Source of the DNA: Octopus bimaculoides | Taxonomy: Eukaryota | Assembly (NCBI RefSeq): GCF_001194135.2 | Contig: NC_068987.1 | Coordinates: 13,537,454 to 13,601,453, forward strand | Direction: 5' to 3' | Length of the DNA stretch: 64,000 nucleotides | Part shown: positions 26,011 through 40,463 of the stretch, one piece after another | How positions within the stretch are numbered: position 1 is the first letter of the stretch | Layout: the number at the start of each line of letters is the position of its first letter | Notes under the pieces: generated by a model | What the model saw: the letters and a program-made list of their open reading frames with translations, nothing else | Told to the model about the DNA's origin: nothing | Databases searched by the model: none | Program-made: the position numbers and the translations under genes

Positions 26011-28315
26011 TGGGTAGTCAAGTAAAGAATTGACAATTAAAACAGATGCTATAAGCTAAAGTCTGATCCATGACTGAAAGTTAAGTAAAGATGATTCTAA
26101 TTATAGCAATAATTACGAACTTAGCTCACACTTTACTTTACTTTAAGATTATTTATGTACTTTCTGAACCTTAAAAATATAATATGTAAACTTTGTAAGC
26201 ATATGTTTAAAATATTAATTTCCTATTCATTCTCACTTTCCTTTATGCTGGAAAAACAATATTTTTGTTTACCTAGCATCAAGTACATCTCCTACAGCGA
26301 ATACACACCAGAAATAGATGTTCTTCATCTCCATGAGATAGTGGCAGGACTACTCTAGATCTTGCAGAAATTGCACAGAAATGCTTAAAATCAAGAGTTT
26401 ACTTAGAGTACTTTCAACAACAGATAACATGGTTAATTTGAATTGCAATGTCAACAAGGCATATATGAACATTTTATTCTCAACTTGGTTCTCTTTTATC
26501 AGAGTTGTTTGGTACTTATAAGACTCAGGGAGCCTATTTCTAAATGGAAATTAAAAAAAATAAAAATAAAAACTGAAGCTTTACAAGAATATAATTCCTA
26601 TTCCCCCATGGATATATTGCATAAGCTTTCTTTTCTTCTGTCAATTAACACCCAGAAGCCAACTAAGTTTAAATGCTTATTATTAATTATGATAAATTAC
26701 ATACAGGATATTATGTCAAATTCAAATTAAGGATGCACTTTTAAAAGTGAAATGAATTTTGAAATATTTTCTAATTTTGTAACTTTTTTTTCTTTGCTTT
26801 TATAGATGTCTTTTAAAAGAGAAAATTAGCCAATATACATTTCAAATTAACTGCAAATTTAAATTTCATGGTTATTTCAGTCTCATGGTGATGGCTGATG
26901 AAATATTTCACAGAGATGAGAACTGGCTGGTACACAGCTTGGATGACTGCCTGGTTCAACCCAAACAAATACTAACAAATGGTGAATGCAGTGATGCACT
27001 ATAATGGCACATGCCCCCATATCTGACCTGACCAGACCTGTTATTCCAGTAATGATGTTGAATATCTACTAAAAACTAGAATTGGTATTTTCTGCAAGTC
27101 ACATTGCCTCAATAAACTTGACAAATCTCAACTAAGAACAGTTTCAAACATGACGTAACTCAAACAAAAAGTAGATTGGTATATAAAACTGATTTCTGAA
27201 GTTAAGAGTAATGAAATTTTGAATAGATACATCTGATTTCTGCACCAATAACATTAAATCCTTCAAAATTCCAAACTGAATACTCATCAATGATATTGTA
27301 ATGAATATGAGAGGAACTTAGAAATTATACATCCTGAGAAAAATCACACCTGATACTTAAAAAGGCTTGATTAAATATGAAACCTAATATTTTTAAATGG
27401 ACAGAGAAAAAGGGGAAGCGTGATTCTTGTGCTTTTCATAGGATAGATACAACTAAGAATTAACATGAAATCAAAGACATGCTGAAGATATGGCTCACAA
27501 GAATCTGCCTCTATTTACAAGAACAGCAATTACTAATTTCTTATTTTGTCTACAAACTGTAAATTTATATGGAAATGAATATGATAGTGTGATATTCAGG
27601 CCTTTCTCAAAATAAACATGAATAGAATCATTGTCAAAGTAAACTGGTTCCAACCAAGAATCAAAACCATCTTAAAGGATTGGCTTACTAGGAGCTTATT
27701 TCTTGCTCCATAGAACTTGAAAGTCAGAATAAGAAATATCAATAATACCAGTGTACCCATGCCATGAAAAATAATTTCATTAATTATAGAGAATGGATCA
27801 GGTGTCCAAAATAATGGTGGAAAACCATTAATAAATTTGTTACTTTATAATTTGTATTTAACAGTAAAATAATACTAATAATGGTGATTTGAGGGTGAGT
27901 AGGTTGCTATTCCTCGTAGGCTGAATGACTACATAGAAACCCTTTTATGGCTTGTAAACATTGTGTGTGTGTGTGTGTGTGTGTGTATTGACTGGATGTA
28001 ATTTTCACTGAAATAAGTTTTGTGTAGGTGTGTGTGCGTGTGTATGTATATATAATCTTTGAGGAAAGGAAAAAAACTTGGCTTTCCTGAATTACCAAAA
28101 CAAACAAGTAAATGCTTCTAGAATAAGTAAATCAAACACCACCTGCTAACTTTACTTTTGATACCCCTCACCATTACCACAGAAAAACAATCTTTGAATT
28201 TCTAAGTTTTGAACATTGTGTATTTTTTATCCACTAATAAATTTCATTTCTGAAAACTTTTGAAGAAATAATCTTATTTTGTTCACTTGTCATGAATACT
28301 ATTCTTTATACATCT

Positions 28316-28490
28316 AAGGCAAGCTGGCAGAACCATAAGCACATTGGGCAAAATATTTAGTGGAATTTTATTCCTCTTTATGATTTGAGTTCAAATTCCT
28401 CTGAGAACAACTTTGCCTTTCATCAATTCAGAGTTGATAAAAAAAAGTACCAGTTGAGCATTGGGGTTGATGTAATTGACTTAACTACTC
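28316..28490 (+). mobile_element. SINE family C
   Basis: aaggcaagctggcagaacc...gagttcaaattc...actttgcctttcatc...aagtaccagttgagcattggggttgatgtaattgac. Confidence 0.8.
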
Positions 28491-30172
28491 TTAGCTATGA
28501 ATATAAAAGAAAAAATGCACCCCTCTGCTAAGCGATGCTGAGCCAGTGTAACAGAGTAGGCTCATCAAACCAGTTGGATCTCAAGCCATTCTCTGGTGGA
28601 GAAAACATGTTGAGGACTTTGCCCTGCAATGGACTGAACATGGGCAAATTTTTCAACAATGTTAACTAATTAAGTTACATTAAATGTTTTTAATGATGGT
28701 TATGAGAAATAAAAAAACTATAATAGCAAGCTGTTTTAAAGCATTTACTTATTCATTTTACTAATTTAAGAAGGTGAGGTCTTATATGTATCTTTCAGTT
28801 TTGATCAAAATACCTGCTACACCAAACATTGCAACATCTCTTGTTGTCACACTTCAAAATTACTTCTTTTGGATGTCAGTAAGCAAACACACAAGCTAAC
28901 TATTACACATGGAATTGCTACAGAATTAAATTATAATTTTTTCAAAGCTTAGTAAGAGGAGTAAAGACAGCACTCAAGGCAATATTTTTACAGAGCTTCT
29001 GTGATTGGTGAGGCAAGAAGAAAAAAAACATCACAAGTTTTTCATTGTCCATATAAAAGACCCAGTCTTAATACTTGCAACAAATTTGACTTGGGTAAAG
29101 GGACAGCAAAGCCAGGTGGTACTGCTAAATTGGATGGTAAAATGAGTATACTACACAAGAACAGGTACAGTCCACATGAAAGGTTTCTGCACCATTTTCC
29201 CTCAAGCAAAATTCACTTACAAGGTTTGATTCAACCTAAAGTACTATGCAGCAAGATTTATCCTAGAATCATTTGGTTGGGTAACAAATTTTTTTAATCA
29301 CATACCCATGCAAAAAAATGATGCAATTTAAGAAAATCTGAAGAATTTTAATTACTGTGCACACATGAAAATTAACTGCTATTGTATAACAATATATATC
29401 AGTTAAGTTAGTTCACAGCAGTAAATTACTTTAATCTTCTATGAATAGATACTGTAATATAAAACTTCTTAATTAGTCTCTCAGCTAGACACACAAAGCC
29501 TTTTCAGTTTGTTTAGCCTCTCAGCAAAGGAAGTATTTCAAAATTATGAAAAATAACGACATCCAAACAAGATAAATAAATTAGCATACATTAGATCTTA
29601 CTTTCTGTGAAAGATTTTTTTAAAACTAAGCTATCTGGCATGTGTTTGTACATGATATCTATGAAGTAATTAAGTATTGCCATATATGGGAATCAAATGG
29701 TCAAAAATAGTAACACTGTACAAAATAAACTACCACAGTGTAAATTATCAATTTCTCCAACTATCTAGGAAAGATAATCTTTAAATGCATCAGCCTTTGC
29801 ACATGTTTTCAAAACATCGTATTCGTAGTGTTAAAAGTACATGTAGCTGAAGTAGGAATAGAGCCAGATACAGATCTTGCAGGTCACTGCACCACAAGTA
29901 CTACATGGCTCCCAGTGATTAATTCAATGATTTTTCACTTAATCTCTAGAGGCCCCTGGGTTGTAGCCCCCTTAAACTCACACCTGAATTTAGCACTGCG
30001 AAATAGTAAAACTTTGCAAGTGTTTGTATGTAGTGGTGTTATAGGTATAATGGAGAAAAGGGGTTTGGGATGAACTTCTTTATGTTATGCAGAGCGGGGC
30101 TGGAAATGGTAACTTTGTCAGGGATGCTACTCAAAAATAAAAAATTCATCTCAATTGAAGAGTAGAGGATAG

Positions 30173-30510
30173 GAAGGAAGGAAGGAGCACTCCGTCGGTT
30201 ACGACGACGAGGGTCCCAGCTGATACAATCAACGGAACAGCCTGCTCATGAAATTAACGTGCAAGTGACTGAGCAATCCACAGACACGTGTACCCCTAAC
30301 GTAGTTCTCAGGGAGATTCAGCGTGACACATAGCGTAACAAGGCCGGCCCTTTGAAATACAGGTACTGCTCAGTTTTGCCAGCTGAGTGGACAGGAGCAG
30401 TGTGAAATAAAGTGTCTTGCTCAAGGACACAATGCGTCGCCGGGAATTGAACTCACGACCTTACGATCGTGAGCCAAATGCCCTAACCATTAAGCCATGT
30501 GCCTTCATGC
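30173..30510 (-). mobile_element. Full-length tRNA-derived SINE family D with 14-bp TSD
   Basis: Minus-strand head gcatgaaggcacatggcttaatggttagggc...gtgagttcaattcccggc (A/B boxes), body tgtgtccttgagcaagacactttatttcac and a (CTTC)n tail. TSD agagtagaggatag at 30159-30172 and 30511-30524. A more decayed head of the same family lies at about 39950-40030. Confidence 0.85.
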
Positions 30511-31256
30511 AGAGTAGAGGATAGAAAGAATGCTGCAAAATTAGCAGAGAATTTCTTGGCAAGGAAAGTGAGGGTGTCATTATCATCCAATGTTTGTTTT
30601 CCATGTTGGCAAGAGTTGGATGGTTTGATAGGAATCAATGAGCTAGGGGACTGCACTGACCCCCAATGTTTGCTTTGATATAATTCTCATGGCTGGATGA
30701 TCTTCCTAACTTAAAATGATTTTTTTTTTTTTTTTGGTTTGGTTTGGAGGAAGTAGAAGGGGGTGTGGCCATGACTTTCAAAGGCCTTCCACAACTGGTA
30801 AGACAGATGACATCAACATTACATTTAACTTGTGAGGTGAGAGGGTGCTTGCAAGCTGTGCATTGTTAAGAAAATTTCTTTTATTTCTCTGATAATGGGG
30901 GTGGATAAATACCCTTGGTGGGTGGCTTCTTCAAGGTGTTGAAGACTGTATCTTTGCTTGTACAGCTGTGAACAAACTACTTAGTGGTTGGGGGTAAGAC
31001 AGTTTGTGGAATGTGGAGGCACATACCTTGCAGAGTAGTATCAGTTACCAATTTAGTGTCAGATGGGTCAAAGGTGAAATGCATTTTAAGTGCAGAGCCC
31101 TATATTTCTATTATATAGTCAACAAAAATAAAAAATAAAAAGTTATGGTGATTTTACTGGCTCATGCTTATGTTGTAAAACTTAACTTTGTCGTCACAAA
31201 TGATTGACTGGATTATAAATCATTACTGCAATGTCTACATTGCAGAAACAACTTAG

Positions 31257-31400
31257 AATAGTTTATATCATAAATGTTTTAAAACTAATTTACATCATAA
31301 CTCTCAAAACTTAAAATAGTTTATATCATAAATGCTACACATTATAATCTACATTATAAGCTCAAAATAGTTTCACCATAAATGCTAAAATTCCAAACAG
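31257..31400. repeat. Degenerate tandem repeat, about 3 units sharing aaaatagtttatatcataaatg
   Basis: The block recurs at about 31257, 31315 and 31365. Confidence 0.7.
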
Positions 31401-31529
31401 CTGACATTATATAAATTATGAAAAGAAACACATATTTCATACATGGTTATCCTGTATCCTTCATAAGCAGACTGAAAAAACTGTTTGATATACACCAGGA
31501 TAATACAAAACAAAAACACACAAACTTAC

Positions 31530-31751
31530 CTCTCGAAGATCTCTTTGAAGTTTAACTAATTGTTCTTGAGACTTTATTAAATCTTTCTGAGTAGACGTTA
31601 GAGATTCTTCCAATTCTGTACATTTGTTTGTTAATTCTAAAATGTTTGTCCTAGTAGAAGTTAATTCTGAGTTCTGTTTTTCCACTGTTTCCTGAAGCTC
31701 TATCACACGGTTAACATCAGAATCTGGGTCTATTGATCCATTTGATAGCCT
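31530..31751 (-). CDS. Liprin-alpha: Liprin-alpha internal exon 2 of 5 (222 nt, phase 0-0): RLSNGSIDPDSDVNRVIELQETVEKQNSELTSTRTNILELTNKCTELEESLTSTQKDLIKSQEQLVKLQRDLRE
   Basis: Acceptor ttcgtctcccaatattctag| and donor |gtaagt. RLSNGSID...ELQE..EKQN...ELEE.L....KDLIK.....KLQRD.RE matches the liprin-alpha coiled-coil as I recall it. Confidence 0.95.
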
Positions 31752-32761
31752 CTAGAATATTGGGAGACGAAAGAAAGGAAATGATAGAAACAATTATTAG
31801 TTAATAAAAATGATGGGCACATGAACAACTGAGTAAAGGCAATAGAATTGGAAAATTAAGAAATTAAAAATGAACTGAAAATTATTATTAATTATACAAT
31901 GACAAAAGAAGAGAAAGAAAAATAAATAAGCATTGTGGAAAAAAACGTTAATTACAAATGTAATTAAAATAAAAGGAAAGCAGATTAGTAAGGGTCACAC
32001 AAACAAGTTTACGTTGAGCCATGCTTCAATGCTTTTATATGCCCAGTAAATGATTCAAAATTCTTCTACATTCTTCTCATTCACACATTTCAGTGTCACT
32101 TTGCTTTGGGTCAATGAACTTTGGTTTAGAAAACTGCTAATTTTTCTTTTTTCTTTTTACTTTCCAATAATCGATAGATAGAAATCAGCTTAAATTTTAG
32201 CTTTGATCTTCCTTCTTTATTTTCAATTCTTCAATTGATTACATATATATATAAACTGATTATACATGTGTGTATGTGAATATATATATATATATATAAA
32301 CAGATTTTGTATGTGTATGCACACACTTGAATGAACTCCAGGATGTTCCTATTCATGTCCTCTCTAAGAAATGCCAGCTTCAAAATAAAATCTAAATTAA
32401 ATTATGACTACATATTTTATATATTTACACAAGCAGGTATGTGTGTTTATTCAGAGATATGAGCATATATTATTGACATAATTAATCAAGTAGCAAATGT
32501 AGAAAATAAAGTCATCTACCAGTTAAATAGAGATCAGAGACTTGCATTAAGTTAATGAAATAAGGTTACAAGCATCTTTTTTAAGGCTATACATCACAGA
32601 AATTCAAATTAGTTTTTTTTTTTCCCTCCCTTCCCCTCCTTTTTTGTGGGCAATAAAGCCAAGCATATATATCTGTATGACCTATCATTACATATATTGA
32701 TACTGAACTGATATTAATGTAATCATCAAAAACTTGAAAGCAAAGGAAACTGAGTTAATAT

Positions 32762-32976
32762 TGGTTTCAAATTTTAGCACAATGCCAGCAATTTTAGAAG
32801 GGGGGGTTAAGTTGATTACATTGACCCCAGTGTTTAACTGGTATTTATTTTATTGACCATGAAAGGATGAAATGCAAAGTTGACCTGAGCAGAATTTGAA
32901 CTCAGAATGTAAAGCCAGACAAAATGCTGCTATGCATTTGCCTAGCATGTTAATGATTCTGCCAGCTTGCTGCCTT
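32762..32976 (-). mobile_element. SINE family C, near full length, inverted relative to 28316-28490
   Basis: Ends ttctgccagcttgctgcctt (reverse complement of the head); core gaaaggatgaaatgcaaagttgacc...aatttgaactcagaa. Confidence 0.85.
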
Positions 32977-34743
32977 AAACTGAGTTAATATTATAAATTC
33001 TACTCTAGAAGTAGTACAAATATATGTTTATTATGAAAGAGAAAATGATGAACGGTGAACATATCCCAGTTAAAAGTAATCAGAATTTGGCTGTGGACTA
33101 AAGAAAAACCAATCAAAGAATTTCTTTTAAGTCCTTTCACCCTTGCATTTTCAAAAGTTCATCTTAAAAAGCTGCCTTTCTCAACCCTGTGTAAGCCATA
33201 AAAAAAATGTTTAATGACTTGGGGTAGATGTGGGTATTACTCGAAGACAAATGCCAGTGGAAAAAGTACTCATATTTTACTGTAAGTATTCTAAGATTCA
33301 GATATTTAGATTATTTTCTGTAATTGAATTAGACTTTTGTGAAATCCGATATGATAATTCTAATGATTATCAGGTTAATCACACAAGCAACACATCCAGA
33401 TTCGAAACAAAAATTATAATCTTATGAAAGTTATTACTATAAATGGTTAGCGAGCATATGTATTCATAACTTGGTAGGATTGAGTTAATATATAATGGCA
33501 TTTTTGCAAATTTGAGTAAAACAATTAAGTTTCATACATATTTATACAACTGAATCTAACTGTGGCAAGAAAACTCTATATATGCAAGTAAACCAACCAT
33601 ATTATGAATAAATAATAGGCCAAAGAAAGAGGGGAAAAAAATCCTGACGTATACTGCATATGGACTATTAAATTAAGATTGGTAAAAGTACTTAAATATA
33701 GCTTTTATGTCTAAACATGTTTACATATATCTAACTAAATTTAATATACATGCATTATTTCAGGCCTCCTGGAATATATATCAGTAACATTTTACCAATT
33801 TTTCACCATCATCTATTCTACATAAAATATCTATATTTGGCCACTCAAAGTCTTAAAACAGTGATGTGGCAGCTACAGTACTGCTGCTAACATTACAACA
33901 ATGAATAAACTTGGTAAATTATGGATGATCAGGTTTAATTTTAGGGTAAACTTTTAGATCAGAAACACTTACACAGTAAATTTATATTTAACGGACAAAT
34001 GTCTTCTAATAGAGCCTTAGGTTTGCCCAAGTCTTGTGAGACAAGCTCATTCGACAGCCTGCCTCTCTTCTCAGAATTTAGCCAGGGCATCCCCCCACCT
34101 TCACCCTACTTGCAGTTTAAAATTCCAATTCTTTTATTCTTTAAATGTTAACTATCAGTTTCTTAACTACTTATAACAACAATTCATTCACATTTTACCA
34201 CGATCTAAGTCAGTTGGCACCAGCATATGGCAGGTTTAAGAAACCCTGATGGCCAATTACTGTTTACATTGCTTTGTCTATAGCCAATTAGTTGGTGCAA
34301 CATTCAGTTTGTTGTTACCCAGGGTTTCCACTCTCGATAACGAGAGTATTGTGATATAAATAATGACATTTTAGACAAAGTATACTTTACTAACATATGG
34401 CAGCCCCTGCAATAGATGCATGCACATGCTTGTGTATATAGGTGTATATATAGCAGCAGTTGTGTGTGTGTATGTGTATACCATCATTATCATTGTCTTA
34501 AGGGCCACTTCTCCATGCTTGCATAGGTTACAGAGAATTCATTAAGGCAGATTTTCCATGGCCAAACGGTCTTCATGTTTTCAACCCTTGCTTGTTCCCA
34601 AGTAAAGCAATATTTCCCCAAGACTGAACGTGTTTTCATGGAAAGTAGGAAGCTAACAACATAACTTATACAATGGTGCCACAGTGTACAACTAGCATGC
34701 AATGTTAGTCAAAGTGATACCCATATATATATATATATATATA

Positions 34744-34786
<43 letters not shown>

Positions 34787-35325
34787 AGGCTTCTTTCAGT
34801 TTCTGTCAACAAAATCCAATCACAAAGATTTGCTCAGCCTGGGGCTTACAGTAACAGACACTTGCTGAAGCTGGCAAGCGGCAGGACTGAACCCAGAACC
34901 ATGTGGTTGGGAAGCATAACCATATATGTATCTAAGGACAGAATAGCTTGCATGAAGTGTTGCAAAATAGAATAGTAGTATTTAAGAAAGCCATTACAAT
35001 TTGAAAACTAAGAGCAAAACTCAAAATGGAATGAAAAAGCTATGTAAGAAGAATGGTTTACACTTTAATCTATATTGCAATATTTTCGCACAGTTCAGAA
35101 GCAATGAAACAGCTATTTTACAAATCTTAACATGGTGCAACATGTACATAGGCTGATTAGGGCCTCTTCTGCTTGATGTTAGCATTTGAAAAATAACTAC
35201 TTCACTGTTCCTGATCTGTGCAAGATTGAAAGGAGCTTAGCTGTCATTCCCTTTTCATAAAGGATTTTCACACCTTTATCTCCAACTTGCATTGTTATGG
35301 CTTTCTTAATATAACTTTCTCTCTC

Positions 35326-35361
<36 letters not shown>

Positions 35362-36348
35362 CGTGTGCGCGCACTGACATACCTTTGTCTACTGTAATTA
35401 TATAAACTTATTTGGTTTCATTCACCTACTCATTTATGAAAGGAAACACCATATATCTTTCTCCTAATAATTTCTTTAGGTTTCTTGTTCTGGGATTTGC
35501 TGTTTCCATCTAAATTGCTTCATGAGTTCTGGCGATCAATGTCAAACTGGATGTAATTTGGAGGATTTTACTAAGAGTCACAGCAAAGAAACCACTTCCA
35601 ATCACTAACAATAAATTTTATATTGGAAAGCTACAGTTCTCTGAAGAAATGTTGAAGAGTCAAGTGTCTACAGCACCTTGGTTAATGTTGGTGAATGTCC
35701 TGCTCATTTGTATAATTGTATTCCTGTTATTTTACTAATTTTCCTTTTGATATCAAATCCAGTAACAGTCTATCAGATGACACAGCACTGATAGATTAAT
35801 TCGTTTTTTTTTTTCTCTCAAAATATGGCACTAACAACTTTTTGATATGATGGTAACTAAAATCTATTACATGAGGTCAATTAAGACAGACCAAGAGTTA
35901 TAATGAGACAATGAGATTGATTTGGTGCAGCTGTTTAGATGCTGGCAGTCTGACATGGCTGACTGATTATAGAACCTGTTTTGGTGACAGTACTGGAGCC
36001 AAACACATGCATTCAAACATGCAAAAATATACGTACACAGGGAAGGAGGATGAGACACAAGAGAAAAATTAAAATGCCTGATGTCAAGTAAGTCAGCATC
36101 GAATCAGTGATGCCAAATCATCTCATATACCCTTATAATAAATGGATGTTTAGGTGAATTGCAAACTTTAACATGAATATCTTCACTAGAATCTAACAAC
36201 TGATCAATCAAACCACTGCTCTCCCACTGATGAGTTAAGGCTTTCCCTTATCTCTCCACAACTCTTGGCTTAGGTTGTCTGATCTCCCAAAATTTTGTGA
36301 AAGTTCTAGTTTTTCTTGGGTATTTTACAGATGTTGATACATAGACTT

Positions 36349-36510
36349 GCTTTACTCTTTTACTTGTTTCAGTCATTTGACTGCGGCCATGCTGGAGCAC
36401 CGCCTTCAGTCGAGCAAATCGATCCCAGGACTTATTCTTTGTAAGCCTAGTACTTATTCTATCGGTCTCTTTTGCCAAAACCGCTAGGTTATGGGGACCT
36501 AAACACAGAC
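36349..36510 (-). mobile_element. SINE family A 3' portion, low divergence
   Basis: ttttacttgtttcagtcatttgactgcggccatgctggagcacc...ctagtacttattctatcggtctcttttgcc, with CpGs retained. Further minus-strand A fragments at about 11366-11428, 34785-34920, 38742-38960, 39277-39440 and 61193-61335; a plus-strand fragment at 16650-16805. Confidence 0.85.
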
Positions 36511-36522
36511 ACACAAACACAC

Positions 36523-36554
<32 letters not shown>

Positions 36555-37331
36555 GATGATTGGAGCCTGGTGCAGCTGCTGGCTCTCATGACCTCAGTCC
36601 AACTGCCCAACCCATGCCAGCATGGAAAACGGACGTTAAATAATGATGATGATGATTTACTATCTATGTCATGACAGTAGAACACCTGGAAGCTGTCGAC
36701 ACCTGACACACAATTGTCTGCAGCATAATTATGAGAAATAAAAGAAACTTTCCTACAGAATTTCAGAAGTAGAAAATCTAAATCATATATTGGAAGTGTA
36801 CAATTAAAGGAAAAACACTTGACACCACATTCCCAGCCAAATTACAAATAACCTTTTAGTCTACATGACCAACATGTAGGAAGTAGTGGTAGACCCAATG
36901 TAAATAAATATATGGTATATTATGAGGAGTAGGTCAGCTGGAGAAACTTCTCTGATACTATTCTACTGGGACAGCGGAAATAAAGTGGGGTGGAGGAGGT
37001 ACATTTTGTGGCATATAACTAATTTACATATAGTTAATGCCTATATTATTTTCCCTAAATCAATAGAATAGCCAGAATGTTATGATCAATATTTTGGAAA
37101 TAACATTATCAATCGTGTAGTTTGATTGAAAAAGAAAAAAAAGGGGAAGAAAAAAATAATAGAAAGCAGAAAGACAGCATCTAAAGTTCATCCCCTCCCT
37201 GATATTTTTTTAAAACTTATTCAGTTTGAACAAACCAATTTGAATAGAAGGTAAAGAAAATTTAATGGAATGTTCTCTACAAAATATATACACACACACA
37301 CACATATATATACATACATATATACATATAC

Positions 37332-37365
<34 letters not shown>

Positions 37366-40300
37366 TGATGGGCTCATTGAAATGTCTATTATGTGTAGTG
37401 TGACATAATGTAAGGTACACTTTGTATGAGCAGGAGTTTTACAGCTTTTCATGATAGGAATTTTAATAAGTTGATTACATCAGTACTTTTTATATTTTTT
37501 CTTCCTAAACTCATCTATGTAAACATTACAATTTGAGCAGGGAAAACATTCAATGAGATGTGAACTTTTGTGAGCTAGAGATTACATACTTTGATTCCCA
37601 TCACTATTTTCATCCAAACCAGTAGCATTATTAAAATTATTAAAATTATTATTATCATTATTATTATTATTACTATTTTCCCCAATAAACACATTTATAA
37701 ATCTGTGCTGTATTCATATGAATTTACTGATTTGCTTCAGGTAATTTTCATTCTAATTTTAGTAATTGTCATTAAATTGATATTAATTTAGCAATTTAAA
37801 AATTTATTGGTTGAATTTCTGTAAATTATTACACCATTTCAATCAATGTTGCATTTTTCTTTTTTCTGGTACCAGTTGTAATTACATAGGGAAAGTAATG
37901 CAATGCCTTTACTTTCAATTTCTCTCTCTCTCTCTCGAAATATGCATTTACCTGTGCTTAAGAGTACAGGTATATGAATTTCAATCTGCCTTCACTAGTA
38001 TATCTATGTTCATGAGTGATTTAAAAACTAAATATTGTGGTACACATTCGATTTATTTGTAATTAGCATTGTTACAAAATCAATATTTTTCTTTTACTGG
38101 CTTCAGTTTTTCATCAGCAACCATGTTGGGGCACCTTTATCAGTGGCCTTAATTCTTTAATTCAATTACATCGCCCCCCCCCCACATTCTTTGTCTAGTA
38201 CTTATTCTATCAGTACCTATTTACTGAATGGCTAAGTTACTCCTAGCGCAAATGAACAGAACTTGTACAGAATATCAAAATATATTTTCATTTTAATACA
38301 TCAATTTATCGACAAGCCCTTATTTTCTCTGTGTGTGTGTATGTATAAAGATATAGATAGATAAGCAGATTTGATACAATTCCCATCTCTCCAAACTTCT
38401 CTCATTCACCATTGGTCACCCCAAAGCTTTCATAGAAAACATTTCTCAAGGTTGCCATGCAGTGCAATAAAACAGAAACTGACATAGTTGCAAACACAGC
38501 CAGAACATTTCCACCCACCACCTAAATCAGATATTTTGTACATGCATGCATATGTGCACATGTGCATGCATATGTGCTCATGTGCATGCATATGCATTGT
38601 TAACAGAAGGATGATAAGATCGGTTTCATTTCATTGCTCTTTAAAATGATCCTCCCATCCCACCTGCTTTACCTGCAATTATCTAATAAACTGATTAACA
38701 AATTTTTTAATGAATGCTTTGTGTCATGATATACCTTATATCTTATCATCTGTTTCAGTCACTGGACTGCTGCCATGCTGGGCCACTGCCTCGAAGGGCT
38801 TAGTTGAATAAATTGTTCCCTAGTGTCTATTTTCAAGTCAAGCATTTATTCTATCAGAATATTTTGCTGAACTGCTAGGTTACAGAGACATAAACAAATC
38901 ATCACAACTTGCTACGGGGTGGGGCAGGATGGGAGAAACAAACACAAAGACACACACACGTATACAGGAAACTATATGGTAGTCCAAAATATTTCGGTTG
39001 ACTGAAAGTTACCATTCTTTAAGTGAATACACCTATAATATATTCTTTTGATTCTTTTCAACAGAACCCAACACTAGTAATGTATATTTTTTTATTTTAT
39101 TTTATTTCTCAATCTTATGTTTTATCCAATTTTATAAGCCAGTATGTGCAAAAACATTACGGTTTACAAATTTGTCTCCTGTGGCAAATATATAGGTGCA
39201 GAGAATGCCTGTTAAATGTAAACACAGACATACAAACACATACATACATATATATATATATATATACATATATACGATGGGCTTCTTTTAGTTTCCGTCT
39301 ACCAAATCCACTCACAAGGCTTCGGTCGGCCCGAGGCTATAGTAGAAGACACTTGCCTAAAGTACCACGCAGTGGGAATGAACCCGGAACCATGTGGTTG
39401 GTAAGCAAGCGACTTACCACACAGCCACTCCTGCGCCTATAATATGAAGATATATTAATATCTACTTATGATATGACATAAACAAAACTCACAAATTTCC
39501 AGTTTCAATTTTTCCAATTAGAAAAACTCATAGGAACTCCTGAGTTAGTAAGGAAATAACCATGTCATTAAGCTGTTTCAATATTTCAACAGTTCAGCAG
39601 CAAATGCAATATCTAATTAAAATATCTTTTTAGTAAGAAGTCATTATGAATCATGACATCTTAATGAGATACATATCTGTATAAGTTCAAATTTGATTAG
39701 GCTGTAGAAAATTAATCTATCAAATAGCAAACTTCCGTTTTCACTAATGTTATGAGGAATTTTCATTAAGCCTAATGGGATCTTCACTAACTGACAGAAG
39801 AATTTAAAGGTTTCTGCAAGTAATTTTCTTCATTAGATAAGTATCGTGTACATTTTTAGCAACCTGGTTTCGTAACATACACACCTAGTAAAATCTGAAA
39901 TTATACACCTTCAAGTAAAATTTTCTCATATTTTTAGCAAGCAAATGAGAAGGAACATGGCTCAGTGGTTAGGGTGTACAGTCATGATCACCAGATTATG
40001 AGTTCAATTCCCAGACCTGGTGGCAAAACACTTCATTTCACATTGCTGTGACGTGTTAAAGAATAGACAGAACATTTCCTCTGCATGTCGGAAAAGGCGA
40101 TAGAAAGAGGGTGAGGTAGGATGTGCACTCTGACCTCGTAAAACCCTTCTCAGTAACAATTGCCTAAACAGACCCATGGGTTGGAAGATTGTTGCCTGAG
40201 TGGTGCAAAGACATCAAATGTAATAGGGTGTCACCAACAGATGGTGGATGCAGCCATGGGCTGTTACAGTGCAGGCACCCATACTATGACTACTATTTAG

Positions 40301-40403
40301 CAAGCAAGTGCACATACATAAATACATACTATACATGATGTATGGATTATATGTATGTGTAGAAGTATGCATAGGAGTGTGTGTGTGTGTGCATATACAT
40401 GTG

Positions 40404-40463
<60 letters not shown>

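Noticed and set aside
29001-29297. 98-aa ORF and other short unique ORFs (e.g. 13362-13703, 42880-43155)
   Set aside because: No recognisable domain or splice context; likely chance ORFs or unidentifiable TE debris.
35373-35381. 9-nt micro-exon candidate cag|TAGACAAAG|gtatgt on the minus strand
   Set aside because: It begins with TAG in the required phase 0 and lacks a pyrimidine tract.
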